Assembly: GCA_033723415.1 (NCBI GenBank)
Contig: JAWVXD010000001.1
Span: 32,001 to 96,000, forward strand
Length of the DNA stretch: 64,000 bases
Origin: Sulfurospirillaceae bacterium
GTDB taxonomy: Bacteria; Campylobacterota; Campylobacteria; Campylobacterales; Sulfurospirillaceae
Reading direction: 5' to 3'
The notes under the pieces are model-generated. The model made no database searches. It was not told where the DNA came from and worked only from the letters and a program-made list of their open reading frames with translations. Of the stretch, positions 33,227 to 44,059 are shown piece after piece (the first letter of the stretch is position 1; every line of letters begins with the position of its first letter). Both the position numbers and the translations under genes were made by a program.

Positions 33227-35391
33227 TTTTTTGCCTCTTCTCTAAGATGGTCTATATATCTAGTGTTGTCTATTTCGTACACGGTTGTTGTTTTTGTTTT
33301 GGAGTATATCTTTATATTATCATGATTCATACTATATATTGCAACCCAGCTTTTTAAATTATCTTGTATTTTAGCTCTCCAACGATAAAACCACTCATTC
33401 ATACCTCTGTATGGATTAGGATAGTTTTCAATGAAGATGTATATCTTTGGGGTAGGTATTGTCAGATATTTATTACCAGGGGGATATCTAAAAAGAAAGT
33501 TCTGAGTATTGACATGATATCCTTTGTTTCTGACTTTTGCATATTCTTGAATATAAGAAACGACTGTCCAGGTAAAAGGTCTGTTTTCTTTATTGATCTG
33601 CAAAATTAATTCCGGTATGGATGTGTATTCTACCTCGTTGATATTTTTCCAAAAAGCAGTTGTATTTATCCATTTTGGAAGAGTTAAAGCAAAAATTATA
33701 AAGATAGCATAGCAAACGCTTATGACTATTGTTCTGGCAAATTTTTTAAATATTAAAAAAGCAGGTTTGTAAAAAAAATAAAAAAAATAAAACGAGAAGA
33801 GAAGTGTCACCGCAAAAAACATATACTCTGCCAATCTACCTTGACTGGTAAGCAGAGGCAGTCCCATATTTGGACCAAAATATATTAAATAAATTCCTGT
33901 GACGATCAATAAAAAAGAAGTATTGACAAATTTTCTTTGAGTGAAAAAAGAGAATAAAAATGCAACAAACAACATGATAAACAGAGTAATATGAATCTTT
34001 GTTATATTAACTATAGAAACTGTACTAAAACCAGCATCTGCAATATTGTTTACATTTTGTTTTGTGCCTAGAAGTTTATCAAAAATTGGAGCAGCAGCAC
34101 CAAAATCTTGAGGAATACCGTATTTTATCATGGAAAGTATCCACATATTTCCAAGTATGGCAGCAAGTATAATGAGAACAATGGATTTTTTAAATAATGC
34201 CCAATCTACTTTTCTAAAAAGAAAAGCATTGATGGCAATCAATATACTTATTATAATTAAGACTATAGCCCCACCGCCGTGAAATACAAAAACTAACATC
34301 AAAGTAAGTGCATATGGTATTAAATACCTATTTAAACGTGTTTCTAATGTTTTTATTAAAAAGTATGCATTTAGTAGAACAAAGACTGAAGAATGTTCGT
34401 ATGCCATGCCGGATATATATCTAATATATGCATTGTATCCTTCAAAGTGACCATTTGAGATGATTTCTGTAATTTTGGGTATATAAAATTTTAAACCGTA
34501 CAGATTCACTAAAACAGGAGAAGATGTGGAGATAATTCTACCAAGAAAAATATTTGAAAGAGGGCTCATAAAAATCATGCCGTGAATCATGACGGCAAAC
34601 AATGCAATGTATTTAGAATTTGTAAAATCTTTGGCAACGTAATAAATAGAAAAATAAAGAGCTAAAAGTAAAAGGATTGGATAAAGACTAAATAGGATCA
34701 TTTGGTCAATATTCGTAAAGATATTGACAAAAAATATCATTATAGATATGCCGTAAAAATCTGCTCCAAAAGTTTTGTGATCAGCATATAGTATATTTTG
34801 TTGTAAGCTAGCTACCCAGGATATAAATTGTGAGGTATCAGGTACAGGATCACCATAACTTAGAAGCCCTCTGGCGATCAGAACCGCTATAATATAAAAA
34901 AAAATACTAAAAGACAAAAGTTGCTTCATTATGCTATAAAAAGTTATTGATTGTTGAAAATGAACGAATTTTGTATGAATATAATTTTTGCCTGCTTCTT
35001 TTACGTCATTAGGTTTGTCTAGTAAATCCAAAAACCAAAGCATAGTGTTGATTCTTAAATTGTTTAGATACTCTATGACATTCCTTTTATAAAACCATTT
35101 CATAAAAGCGAGTTTTGTAGCAATGAGTACAAGAATAAATAAAAAAAGGCTAAAAACTTTGATAAAAATTAAAAAAGTGACGACTACTTCAACATAAGCA
35201 ACCATATAAATAAAGTTGAAAACAACTTTTTGCATACCTCTCCCGGTATATTCTTGAGGAAAAATTTTTGACGGTAACCAATAAAACATTACATATGAAA
35301 CCATCAATAATCTAGCAAGATACCAAATATTTTTTGAAAATATTTGGTATATGATATGCAGATCAATAAAATATACATCTTGAGGAAGCAC
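33223..35391 (-). CDS. Large polytopic membrane protein (possible GT-C-fold glycosyltransferase)
   Basis: 722 aa, many TM helices, acidic loop GDPVPD, soluble C-terminal domain; function inferred from context. Confidence 0.5.
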   Translation of the reverse strand: MLPQDVYFIDLHIIYQIFSKNIWYLARLLMVSYVMFYWLPSKIFPQEYTGRGMQKVVFNFIYMVAYVEVVVTFLIFIKVFSLFLFILVLIATKLAFMKWFYKRNVIEYLNNLRINTMLWFLDLLDKPNDVKEAGKNYIHTKFVHFQQSITFYSIMKQLLSFSIFFYIIAVLIARGLLSYGDPVPDTSQFISWVASLQQNILYADHKTFGADFYGISIMIFFVNIFTNIDQMILFSLYPILLLLALYFSIYYVAKDFTNSKYIALFAVMIHGMIFMSPLSNIFLGRIISTSSPVLVNLYGLKFYIPKITEIISNGHFEGYNAYIRYISGMAYEHSSVFVLLNAYFLIKTLETRLNRYLIPYALTLMLVFVFHGGGAIVLIIISILIAINAFLFRKVDWALFKKSIVLIILAAILGNMWILSMIKYGIPQDFGAAAPIFDKLLGTKQNVNNIADAGFSTVSIVNITKIHITLFIMLFVAFLFSFFTQRKFVNTSFLLIVTGIYLIYFGPNMGLPLLTSQGRLAEYMFFAVTLLFSFYFFYFFYKPAFLIFKKFARTIVISVCYAIFIIFALTLPKWINTTAFWKNINEVEYTSIPELILQINKENRPFTWTVVSYIQEYAKVRNKGYHVNTQNFLFRYPPGNKYLTIPTPKIYIFIENYPNPYRGMNEWFYRWRAKIQDNLKSWVAIYSMNHDNIKIYSKTKTTTVYEIDNTRYIDHLREEAKK

Positions 35392-35396
35392 TAGAA

Positions 35397-36704
35397 TTAC
35401 CTTTTAATAATTATAAAGTCGACTCTTCTGTTCTGAGCTCTTCCTTCTGCGGTTGTATTGGTGGCAATTGGTCTATCTTCTCCATAACCGTGTATTGTCA
35501 TCCTATCTTTAGAAATTCCCATTTCTATCAATGCATTCTTAACTGCATTTGCTCTATTACGGGACAAAATGTAATTATATTTTTGTGTGCCAATACTGTC
35601 TGTATGACCTAAAATTTCAATATTGACATTTGTATGAGTTTGTAAATATCTTGCTATTGGTTTTATAAGCTCAACACTGTGAGGTAATAATTTGTATGAG
35701 TTAAATGCAAAATGTAGATTGTGCAAGGTTAAAACCAAATTATTATCAAATTTTTCTTTTACTATCTGATAATTGACTTTTGAGTTCAGATACATTTTGT
35801 TAAGAAGAAAAAATACTAATTTCCATCTCAATAATTCTCCATCATACCTTTTGTCTTGAAATTCAAAAGGTCTAAGAAATACAACCCCTCCTTTACCGTA
35901 TCTAATGAAAGAGACGAGAGGTTTGCCTCTTTGTGACTCTAGCAGATAATTTCCTGTCGGCATAAAATCAGCAGAAAGAAAATTCTTTGTAATGACTTGA
36001 AGATTTCTGATATCATTAAAATATGCAATCTTACTGTGGGTTTTATATGGGATCTTGAGCGGTTCATAATTTATAAAATCTATTTTTTTGCTTTTATAAA
36101 GATAAGTTCTAACCCTATGATCAAAGAAGGTTAAGTTACTGCTCTTAGCAATAATCTTTTTATTGATCGCTTTTGCGTCAATTTCTCCACTTTTTTTAAA
36201 GGTGTCATATCTTGTTGAGTAGATTCCGCCTTCTATCCACATGATGCCTCCCTCACCGATCCACCATTTTAAGATCTCTTGCTCTTTAGATGAGAGATTA
36301 TAACTGTATCCTATATTTTCAAACAAGTCATTTGATACACGTTTGAACTCATTTGCCCACGTTGGCAGAACATAGATGAAATCTTCTAAGAAAGGGTTGG
36401 TTCTAAGTTTCCAAAAATCTACATCTTTTAATGGAGCAAATTTATATCTATAGTCGATCTTACTATAAAATTGGTCAGAAAATTTCCCATTGAAATCTAA
36501 AATCGGCTTATAAGATATAAATGGAAAATCTTTTAAGAGAATCCTTCCATTGTTGACTTTCGGCCAAATATTATCAACCGAGACGTCATACACCTCTACC
36601 GACTCCGGAGAGAGTATCTTCTTATCTAATGAGATGTCACTTTTAGTGGCACATCCGCTCATAAATAATAAAATACCGATTAAGCTCAAAACATAACTTT
36701 TCAT
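35397..36704 (-). CDS. Lipoprotein with C-terminal OmpA peptidoglycan-binding domain
   Basis: Lipobox FMSGC; GHTDSIG, LSRNRA, GRAQNRRV. Confidence 0.85.
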   Translation of the reverse strand: MKSYVLSLIGILLFMSGCATKSDISLDKKILSPESVEVYDVSVDNIWPKVNNGRILLKDFPFISYKPILDFNGKFSDQFYSKIDYRYKFAPLKDVDFWKLRTNPFLEDFIYVLPTWANEFKRVSNDLFENIGYSYNLSSKEQEILKWWIGEGGIMWIEGGIYSTRYDTFKKSGEIDAKAINKKIIAKSSNLTFFDHRVRTYLYKSKKIDFINYEPLKIPYKTHSKIAYFNDIRNLQVITKNFLSADFMPTGNYLLESQRGKPLVSFIRYGKGGVVFLRPFEFQDKRYDGELLRWKLVFFLLNKMYLNSKVNYQIVKEKFDNNLVLTLHNLHFAFNSYKLLPHSVELIKPIARYLQTHTNVNIEILGHTDSIGTQKYNYILSRNRANAVKNALIEMGISKDRMTIHGYGEDRPIATNTTAEGRAQNRRVDFIIIKR

Positions 36705-36716
36705 AATAATCCTTTC

Positions 36717-38297
36717 TTAAAACGACGAGTAATAGTAAAACTCTAATTTTTTAAACATATTTGTTGCATAATTAAAACTGAAAGCCCAAAACACAATGCT
36801 ACCTATCAGTAAACCAAAAACTGCATATTCCAATCCAAGCATCCTACTTAAAATCATGCCAAATAGTATATTTATAAATGTTGCAATAACTATAGATTTT
36901 ACTGAGAAATTTTGTCTAGAAAATGAAAAAATGAAAAGAACATTCATCAGTCCATTGACTAAAAAAGCATATGAGAAAGCAGCAATCCAAAATACAAAAG
37001 GAGTGTATCCTTTTAAAAAATTTTCTATATAAACAAATCCGGTTATTTTATACATGATACTGATAAATAAGTATGTTGCTATGATGATGATCACTGAAAA
37101 AATTGCATAAAAAATATTAAATTTTTTGAAAAATGAATATACTTGATCATTAAATCTTTCATAATGTTTGTATTCATATTTTAACACCATATCATTTATA
37201 CGATACATGAATTCGTGTATACTTATCTCTGTTAAACCCATCAGTAAAACAAGTGCTACCAATGCCCAGTCAAGCCCCAATTCATAAGGAACATCAAACC
37301 AGATAAAATACGGTCTAGCGGCAACATTGGTACTCCATGCCACCATCCTATCCGTAACTAAAAATACGAAATACAAAAAACCATAAAGATAAAATGGAAT
37401 TAGAGAATAAAAAAGTATAGAAGCTCTAGGAGTTCCTTCTCCCTCTGAAATTGAATTGTTTTTCTTCAATCCGCTTACTTTTACGTAAGAAAAAATAGAT
37501 AAAATAATATCCAGAACCACTAAAGCTACAAATTGAGCCTCCGGTAGTGAAATTTTAAAAATACTATGTGATATATAGACCAAAACAATACCTAAGAGGA
37601 TAAAATATAATATTTTTGTATATTCTTCAAACATATAATATATGGAAATATTTAAAAAAAGAAAAGATAAGAGGAAATAAAAAGAGATCAATATAAAAAA
37701 ATAATAAGTGGGCAAAATTTGAAAGAAAGAATTAAATATAATTAAAATCAAACCGGCTGCAAGAATCAAAACAAGCCCTACAAAAAAGAGTATTTTTGTT
37801 ACATTAGAGGCCAGTATCAGTTCATTTTGTTTTAAATAAAAAAGTCCTTTTCTTCCTATAGCTTGTGCAGAAGCTCCAGTAACTATCAAGGCAAAAAATG
37901 TACCTAAAGCAATGACGGTGGCTTTTGTTTTATCAAGTTCAATTCCAGACCAGAGTGCATATCCTATTGATAGAGTAAAAAAGATTTGCACGAACATCGG
38001 CATAGCAAATGCAAGTCCTCTAATATAGTTTTTAAAAATCCTTGTCCAAAATGGTGGAACTTTTTCCCATTGAATGAGGGATTTTACCGGATAATCTTTA
38101 GTGCTTTTGTATTTAATCATCTCATCTGCCATTTCAAAAACACTGTCAAAGCCATACTCTTTTTGCGCATCAATATCTCTAATGCCATAAATTTCTAAAA
38201 GTGCTGCTACTTCCCATGAATCAAGAGGTTTTCCTCGATTTTCAGTAATTTTATCATATAGAGAGATTAGATTGTTACTGTCGAGACTTGCTTCCAC
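36717..38297 (-). CDS. PelG-like exopolysaccharide transporter
   Basis: ~12 TM helices, directly downstream of pelF, C-terminal YYYSSF. Confidence 0.6.
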   Translation of the reverse strand: MEASLDSNNLISLYDKITENRGKPLDSWEVAALLEIYGIRDIDAQKEYGFDSVFEMADEMIKYKSTKDYPVKSLIQWEKVPPFWTRIFKNYIRGLAFAMPMFVQIFFTLSIGYALWSGIELDKTKATVIALGTFFALIVTGASAQAIGRKGLFYLKQNELILASNVTKILFFVGLVLILAAGLILIIFNSFFQILPTYYFFILISFYFLLSFLFLNISIYYMFEEYTKILYFILLGIVLVYISHSIFKISLPEAQFVALVVLDIILSIFSYVKVSGLKKNNSISEGEGTPRASILFYSLIPFYLYGFLYFVFLVTDRMVAWSTNVAARPYFIWFDVPYELGLDWALVALVLLMGLTEISIHEFMYRINDMVLKYEYKHYERFNDQVYSFFKKFNIFYAIFSVIIIIATYLFISIMYKITGFVYIENFLKGYTPFVFWIAAFSYAFLVNGLMNVLFIFSFSRQNFSVKSIVIATFINILFGMILSRMLGLEYAVFGLLIGSIVFWAFSFNYATNMFKKLEFYYYSSF

Positions 38298-39784
38298 TCT
38301 GCTTCCTTTTCTTCCATATATTCATTGTATAGATTTTTGTACACTTTGCTGTAGTTATCCACTATATCTTCTGTTGTAAAGCCATTGAGTATTGATTCTC
38401 TAGCATCCATTCCCATACTCCTGGCAATATCAGGATTTTTTAATACATAGATTACTTTATCTGCGAATTCTGCGTAGTCTTTTGGTTTAACAACATAACC
38501 AAATCCTTCTAGCACTTCTTTTGTGCCGCCTACATCTGAAGAGATTACTACTTTTTCACAGGCCATAGCCTCAATAACTACGAAAGGAAAAGCTTCTGAA
38601 ATACTTGTAAGCATGACAACATCACTTTCATTATAGGCAGTTTGTGGACTATCTGTTCTTCCTGCAAAGATAAAATTTTCTTCAATATTTAACTCTTTTG
38701 CTAAATCCTGACAAAAATGAAAATATTTCTCATCAACAACAGGACCATAAAGTTTAAATAATACATTTGGTATGACTTCTGCAACAAGTTTGGCTGTTTT
38801 TATAAAAGTTTCGATGTCTTTTAGCGGATCTATCCTTGCTACCATGACTACAGTCGGTCGATCTTCATTTTTTGTGACATCAAACTGTCGATATACATTT
38901 GTATCAATACCATTGTAAATCGTATGAATTTTCCGTTCATCCGTTCCCCATCTCTTCTCCCATCTAGCATTGTAATTGCATACAGGAGAAACAATGTCGG
39001 CAAAATGAAAATTGAGTTTTGAAACGAGGGTGATAAGTCCCATCAAAAACTCTTTTGTACGATATGGCATTTGGTTTCTTGAAGCTGCTAAGTATTGCTC
39101 TCTGATATAAACTCCATGTTCAGTCAGCAAAAATTTGCTACCATATTTTTTTTTTGCGATAATACAAGAAAGACCGCAAAAAGCTGCTGCCGAAGAGTGG
39201 TAGATCTGAGCTTCAGGCAGTGTTGGAATCATAGAGATGAAAAATCTATATAGATATCTAAGACCTTCGATCATGTCAAAAACAGTAGGTATATCATCTT
39301 TCTCATCTTTGTAATGATTCAATATATAATTCTTATAAATCTCCCAAAGTTCTACACTTCTAAAAGTTTCATAGTAATCATAGATTTGGAAATATTCATA
39401 AAATTGCAGAAGAGAATCACCCATAGCATCTAAATCTTCTTTTTTCCTAAAGATATGATCCAATATTAGGATGATGACAGGTTCCAATGTTTTTATCTCA
39501 TTGGTCATTTGAGTCTTTATTTTTGATGCATATATTCTTGAAAACTCAAATTGTTTGATATACTCAACAGGCTCTTCCGTACCCCATAATGGAACATTTA
39601 TGATTTCAACAACATTAGGCGGTATATCAAATTTGAGTTTTATATAAGGATGCATCTGGATCGGTATAAGAACAAAATCTATATTTTTCAGTTCATGCAT
39701 CAAAGTGTCAGCCCAAGTGCTAACTCCACCTATAGAATAAGGGTAGGTACCTTCGCCGGTCCAGACTACTTTAATTCTGCTCAT
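38267..39784 (-). CDS. pelF: GT4 glycosyltransferase PelF
   Basis: EGTYPYSIGGVSTW N-terminus, LTEHGVYIRE, RIDPLKD, SISEAFP...EAMA. Confidence 0.85.
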   Translation of the reverse strand: MSRIKVVWTGEGTYPYSIGGVSTWADTLMHELKNIDFVLIPIQMHPYIKLKFDIPPNVVEIINVPLWGTEEPVEYIKQFEFSRIYASKIKTQMTNEIKTLEPVIILILDHIFRKKEDLDAMGDSLLQFYEYFQIYDYYETFRSVELWEIYKNYILNHYKDEKDDIPTVFDMIEGLRYLYRFFISMIPTLPEAQIYHSSAAAFCGLSCIIAKKKYGSKFLLTEHGVYIREQYLAASRNQMPYRTKEFLMGLITLVSKLNFHFADIVSPVCNYNARWEKRWGTDERKIHTIYNGIDTNVYRQFDVTKNEDRPTVVMVARIDPLKDIETFIKTAKLVAEVIPNVLFKLYGPVVDEKYFHFCQDLAKELNIEENFIFAGRTDSPQTAYNESDVVMLTSISEAFPFVVIEAMACEKVVISSDVGGTKEVLEGFGYVVKPKDYAEFADKVIYVLKNPDIARSMGMDARESILNGFTTEDIVDNYSKVYKNLYNEYMEEKEAEWKQVSTVTI

Positions 39785-41546
39785 AAAAATCTCTTTTCCC
39801 GACTAAAATGCTTAATATAGAAATTTCTTGCATATATCTTTGATCTATTTTAATAAATTGATCTTTGTACTCTAAAAATGTTTGGATCGAATCTGAGTAT
39901 TCTTTATATTTTGCTACGCCTTTTAAATATCTCTCTTTTGATATTTGCATTTTTTTTGATAACAATTTCAACTGCATATCCAATATATTTTTTTGTTGTT
40001 TTATTCTTAGGATTTCATTATATGATCTTTCTACTTGTATCAAAATATCTCGTTGTTTGCCAGAAAAAACTGCTTTTTGTTGTAAAACGGCGTACTGTTC
40101 TCGCTCTTTGTTCAAGCGAATGTCATCTCTGTTATATATAGGTAGTTTAAAATAAAGACCCAATTCCCAGTATGCACCGCTTCCTGGATTACTTAGATTG
40201 AAAACTCTATCTCTGCTTAAACCATATCCCAAGTATGATTCAAATCTTAATTCTGGATAGTATCTTCTTTTCTGAAAAAGTAGATCACTCTGTTTTACTT
40301 TTAAAATATTTGATTCTCTGGCTATATCACCGCTATTATGTATAGATTCTTTTTGTAGTAATGTAAGAGAGTCTAAATTGAGATCAATTTCTTCAGGAAT
40401 TAATTTATACGGTTTTTTGCTACGAGATTTTATACTGTGTCGCAAAATATAATCATTATGCATATATTGATATTTGAGATCTATGATAGTTCTCTCCAAA
40501 TTTAATAAGTCATTTTTAGAGTCAATATAATCTAAGATAGCAGTTTTACCTTTGTCATATCCATTTTTTATAATATCATAGATAAATTTTTGTTTTTCGT
40601 AAATATTTTTATATATCTTCAGCTCTTCTTGGGCTGAATACATATTAGAATATATTTGAGTGCCAAGTATTGCCAGTCTGTCTTTTGCATTTAGTTCTTC
40701 TATATCGGCTAATCTTTTATTAAGGATATCATACTCGTTATTTACAAGTTTATATCCTCCGTCATATAGGATTTTATTTGCATTTATCGCAATTCCTGTC
40801 CCTGTGTAGTCTCCGTTTACATTTGGAGCATTACCGCCTTGTGCCGCAATACTGGTACCGGTTGAAAGATACCCATCAACATATACATCAAAGTTATATC
40901 TATCCTTCCTTATGTCAGAAATGAGGTAATCTATTTTCTTCTGATAAAAGCTTTCTTGTGCCTGGTCATTAAAATCAAACAGAGTATGGATATATCTTTT
41001 GAAATTCAATATATCATAGGTTTGAGTTTGATCAGTTTTACTAAGTTTTGGTATCTCATAAGGTTCTAAAATCGAAGGTTCCGCTAACTTAGGAGTCTTA
41101 TTGATATTTGATACCTGAAGCGAGTTCAGCGGTAAGTTATATCTGCTTGATCCTAAAGACGGTTCATTTAGAGGGATTACAGGCGTAATTTGAGTTTTAT
41201 TAGGTATTGTGGTTATATCATTTGTGATTTTACCGGTAAGTGCTTTTGTTGTAGGAATATTTGCTTTTTTTTCAGGGTTACAATTAATTATAAATGCGTC
41301 ATGATAATATTTCTGTACTTGAGGAAGCATGTTATAGGCTTGTCTATAAGTGTCAAAAGGTTGTAATCTAAATGTATATAAACCATTATTTTTACTTATG
41401 ACTCCTGTGGGAAATCTTTTTAAAAAGATATTTTTGTCAGCAGGAAATACAACTTTTGTAGAAAAAGTAACAATACATGCCTTTTTCGCATCCACTATGG
41501 ATATAAATAATGCAATTATTAAAAAAAGTTTTATAAAGAATCTCAT
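39771..41546 (-). CDS. TolC-family outer membrane channel with N-terminal SPOR-like domain
   Basis: Signal peptide; YTFRLQPF...DAFII SPOR-like segment, Pro/Thr linker, two OEP repeats (YYPEL, KLPIY). Confidence 0.7.
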   Translation of the reverse strand: MRFFIKLFLIIALFISIVDAKKACIVTFSTKVVFPADKNIFLKRFPTGVISKNNGLYTFRLQPFDTYRQAYNMLPQVQKYYHDAFIINCNPEKKANIPTTKALTGKITNDITTIPNKTQITPVIPLNEPSLGSSRYNLPLNSLQVSNINKTPKLAEPSILEPYEIPKLSKTDQTQTYDILNFKRYIHTLFDFNDQAQESFYQKKIDYLISDIRKDRYNFDVYVDGYLSTGTSIAAQGGNAPNVNGDYTGTGIAINANKILYDGGYKLVNNEYDILNKRLADIEELNAKDRLAILGTQIYSNMYSAQEELKIYKNIYEKQKFIYDIIKNGYDKGKTAILDYIDSKNDLLNLERTIIDLKYQYMHNDYILRHSIKSRSKKPYKLIPEEIDLNLDSLTLLQKESIHNSGDIARESNILKVKQSDLLFQKRRYYPELRFESYLGYGLSRDRVFNLSNPGSGAYWELGLYFKLPIYNRDDIRLNKEREQYAVLQQKAVFSGKQRDILIQVERSYNEILRIKQQKNILDMQLKLLSKKMQISKERYLKGVAKYKEYSDSIQTFLEYKDQFIKIDQRYMQEISILSILVGKRDFYEQN

Positions 41547-41733
41547 GAACGCCTATTACCTGCCACTTTTATATAAATATTGATTTGAAGTATAACATAA
41601 AAAGTTATTTTTTTATTGCTTTTTATTATTTTTTATTATTTTTGTTTCACGTATTTGCTAAGAACTCTACAATATACTTACATTAAACAAATTTTAGTTC
41701 GAAATTGTTATAATTTCAACGAGGAGTTTATAT

Positions 41734-42441
41734 ATGAATAAAAGTTTAGCAACCGATTTAGTCAGTGCATTATTTGTTGCACTATCTTTTATAGTGCCGG
41801 AGCCTTATAAAAATCTACTTTTATATACAGGGCTTTTTGCTCTCTCAGGAGCTTTAACAAACCAGATAGCTATACATATGCTGTTTGAAAAAGTACCGTT
41901 TTTTTATGGTTCAGGTGTTATAGAAGCTAGGTTTGAAGCTTTCAAAGCTTCTATCAAAAAGCTCATGATGAGCCAGTTTTTCACAAAAGAAAAGATAGAT
42001 GAATTTTTTGAAAAAGAAGAGAGAAAGATCGACTTGCGACCTATTATAGAAGAGAGTGATTTCTCTCCAGCATTTGATGCTTTAGTGAAGACGGTTATGG
42101 AGTCATCATTTGGTGGTATGCTTGGCATGTTCGGTGGTGAAAATGCACTTGCCTCATTAAAAGCTCCATTTTGTGAAAAATTGAAAAATTCTGTTTTAAG
42201 TATCACCCAAAGTGAAGATTTTACATCAAAATTAGATACTTATCTAAAAAGCTCAGGTGTCAGTGAAGATATGCTGGTATCTATAGAGGCTATGATAGAC
42301 AAAAGACTAGATGAGCTTACTCCAAAGATAGTAAAAGAGATCGTACAGGATTTTATAAAAGAACATCTAGGTTGGCTTGTGATCTGGGGCGGATTTTTTG
42401 GTGGGCTTATAGGTCTTGTTTCTGCATGGTTTTTAAAATGA
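41734..42441 (+). CDS. DUF445 family membrane protein
   Basis: GALTNQIAIHMLF, C-terminal WGGFFGGLIG. Confidence 0.8.
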   Translation: MNKSLATDLVSALFVALSFIVPEPYKNLLLYTGLFALSGALTNQIAIHMLFEKVPFFYGSGVIEARFEAFKASIKKLMMSQFFTKEKIDEFFEKEERKIDLRPIIEESDFSPAFDALVKTVMESSFGGMLGMFGGENALASLKAPFCEKLKNSVLSITQSEDFTSKLDTYLKSSGVSEDMLVSIEAMIDKRLDELTPKIVKEIVQDFIKEHLGWLVIWGGFFGGLIGLVSAWFLK

Positions 42442-43550
42442 CATGTCAATACTTTGGGATTTGCGGAAGCTGCAAACTTTACGATCTATCATATGATGAG
42501 CAGATAACTCAAAAAAAAGAGTATATCAAAGAACAGTTTGAAGAGTTTAATATAGGTGGTTTTGAGTTTTTTACATCACCGCAAGAACATTATAGAAGCA
42601 GGGCAGAATTTAGAATTTGGCATGATGGTGAAAATATAGATTATGGCATGCACAAATTGAATGAAAATGGGATTTTAAAAATCAAAGATTGTCCAAAAGT
42701 CAATAAAAAGATCTATGATCTGATGCCAAAGCTATTGGAGTATTTATCAAAATATAAACAACTCAAATATAAATTGTATGCAGTAGAGTTTTTATCTTCC
42801 AAAGAATCAATACTGGTTACTCTTATATATCATAAACCTTTAACAGACGCTTGGAGTGAAGAAGCAAAAAAACTCGAAAGTGTATTTGATATCCATGTGA
42901 TAGGAAGAAGTAAAAAGATAAAGAAGGTATTGAGTACTGATTTTGTTATGGAAAAGCTGAATATTCTTGAAAAAGAGTATAGATATCAAATCTTAGAGGG
43001 TGGATTTTCACAACCGAACACTCAAGTCAATGAAAAGATGATCGAGTGGGTTTTGAAGAATATACAGGATCCTAAAGATCTATTAGAACTCTACTGCGGA
43101 CATGGAAATTTTACACTGCCGCTGAGTGGCAGATTTCAAAAGGTTTTAGCCACAGAAATTTCAAAGATATCTATAAAATCCGCATTGGAAAATTGTAAGT
43201 TAAATGATATTTCAAATATTGAGTTTTTAAGAATGAGTGTTGAAGAGCTTACCGGAGCGCTTAAAAAAGAAAGGGAGTTTAACAGACTAAAAGATATTGA
43301 TCTGGAAAGTTTTGATTTTTCTCATGTTTTTGTTGATCCTCCAAGGGCAGGTATGGATGAAAAAAGCTTGGAGTTCATAGAAAAATTTGAAAATATAATC
43401 TACATATCATGTAATCCTATAACTTTAAAAAGAGATTTGAATATTTTGATAAAAAGGTTTGAGATTGTAAAATTTGCTGTTTTCGACCAATTTCCTTATA
43501 CAAACCATATAGAATCTGGTATAATTTTACGAAGAAAACAAAACTCTTGA
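42438..43550 (+). CDS. trmA: tRNA (uracil-54-C5)-methyltransferase
   Basis: YRSRAEF, FSQPN, LELYCGHGNF, VDPPRAG, YISCNP, DQFPYTNHIE. Confidence 0.93.
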   Translation: MTCQYFGICGSCKLYDLSYDEQITQKKEYIKEQFEEFNIGGFEFFTSPQEHYRSRAEFRIWHDGENIDYGMHKLNENGILKIKDCPKVNKKIYDLMPKLLEYLSKYKQLKYKLYAVEFLSSKESILVTLIYHKPLTDAWSEEAKKLESVFDIHVIGRSKKIKKVLSTDFVMEKLNILEKEYRYQILEGGFSQPNTQVNEKMIEWVLKNIQDPKDLLELYCGHGNFTLPLSGRFQKVLATEISKISIKSALENCKLNDISNIEFLRMSVEELTGALKKEREFNRLKDIDLESFDFSHVFVDPPRAGMDEKSLEFIEKFENIIYISCNPITLKRDLNILIKRFEIVKFAVFDQFPYTNHIESGIILRRKQNS

Positions 43551-43627
43551 AAATTCATAACTTCTGATGATTTAAATCTACAATGATTTTATTTGAATTT
43601 TAAAAAAAATCAAAAAAAGGAAAAACT

Positions 43628-44059
43628 ATGGAATGTCCTATGCCGACGATCAATACGAATGATACATCCGAGATCAAAAAAATTTTTGATGAGGTCAAAA
43701 GTATTGCTATTATCGGACTATCGCCTGATGAAAGCAAAGCAAGCAATATGGTTGCAAAATATCTTCAAAATGCAGGCTATAAGATCATTCCAATTTATCC
43801 AAAAGAAGATTTTATACTCGGAGAAAAAGTTTATAGAAGTCTTAGTGAAGTAGATGTGAAAGTAGATATGGTAGATATGTTTAGAAAACCCTCTTTTGCT
43901 GATGGTTTACTAGAAGAAGTTTTGAAAAGAGATGATGTCAAAGTATTTTGGCTTCAACTTGGAATCGTAAACAATGAGGCTTGTGAAAAAGCTAAAACGG
44001 CAGGATTAAAAGTCGTACAAAATAAATGTTCTAAAATAGAACATCAAAGGTTAGCATAA
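43628..44059 (+). CDS. CoA-binding protein (YccU-like)
   Basis: IAIIGLS, VDMFR, WLQLGI. Confidence 0.88.
   Translation: MECPMPTINTNDTSEIKKIFDEVKSIAIIGLSPDESKASNMVAKYLQNAGYKIIPIYPKEDFILGEKVYRSLSEVDVKVDMVDMFRKPSFADGLLEEVLKRDDVKVFWLQLGIVNNEACEKAKTAGLKVVQNKCSKIEHQRLA

Noticed and set aside
41605..41645. TTTTTTATT low-complexity repeats upstream of the pel-like operon
   Set aside because: Ordinary AT-rich promoter-region periodicity; no defined unit.
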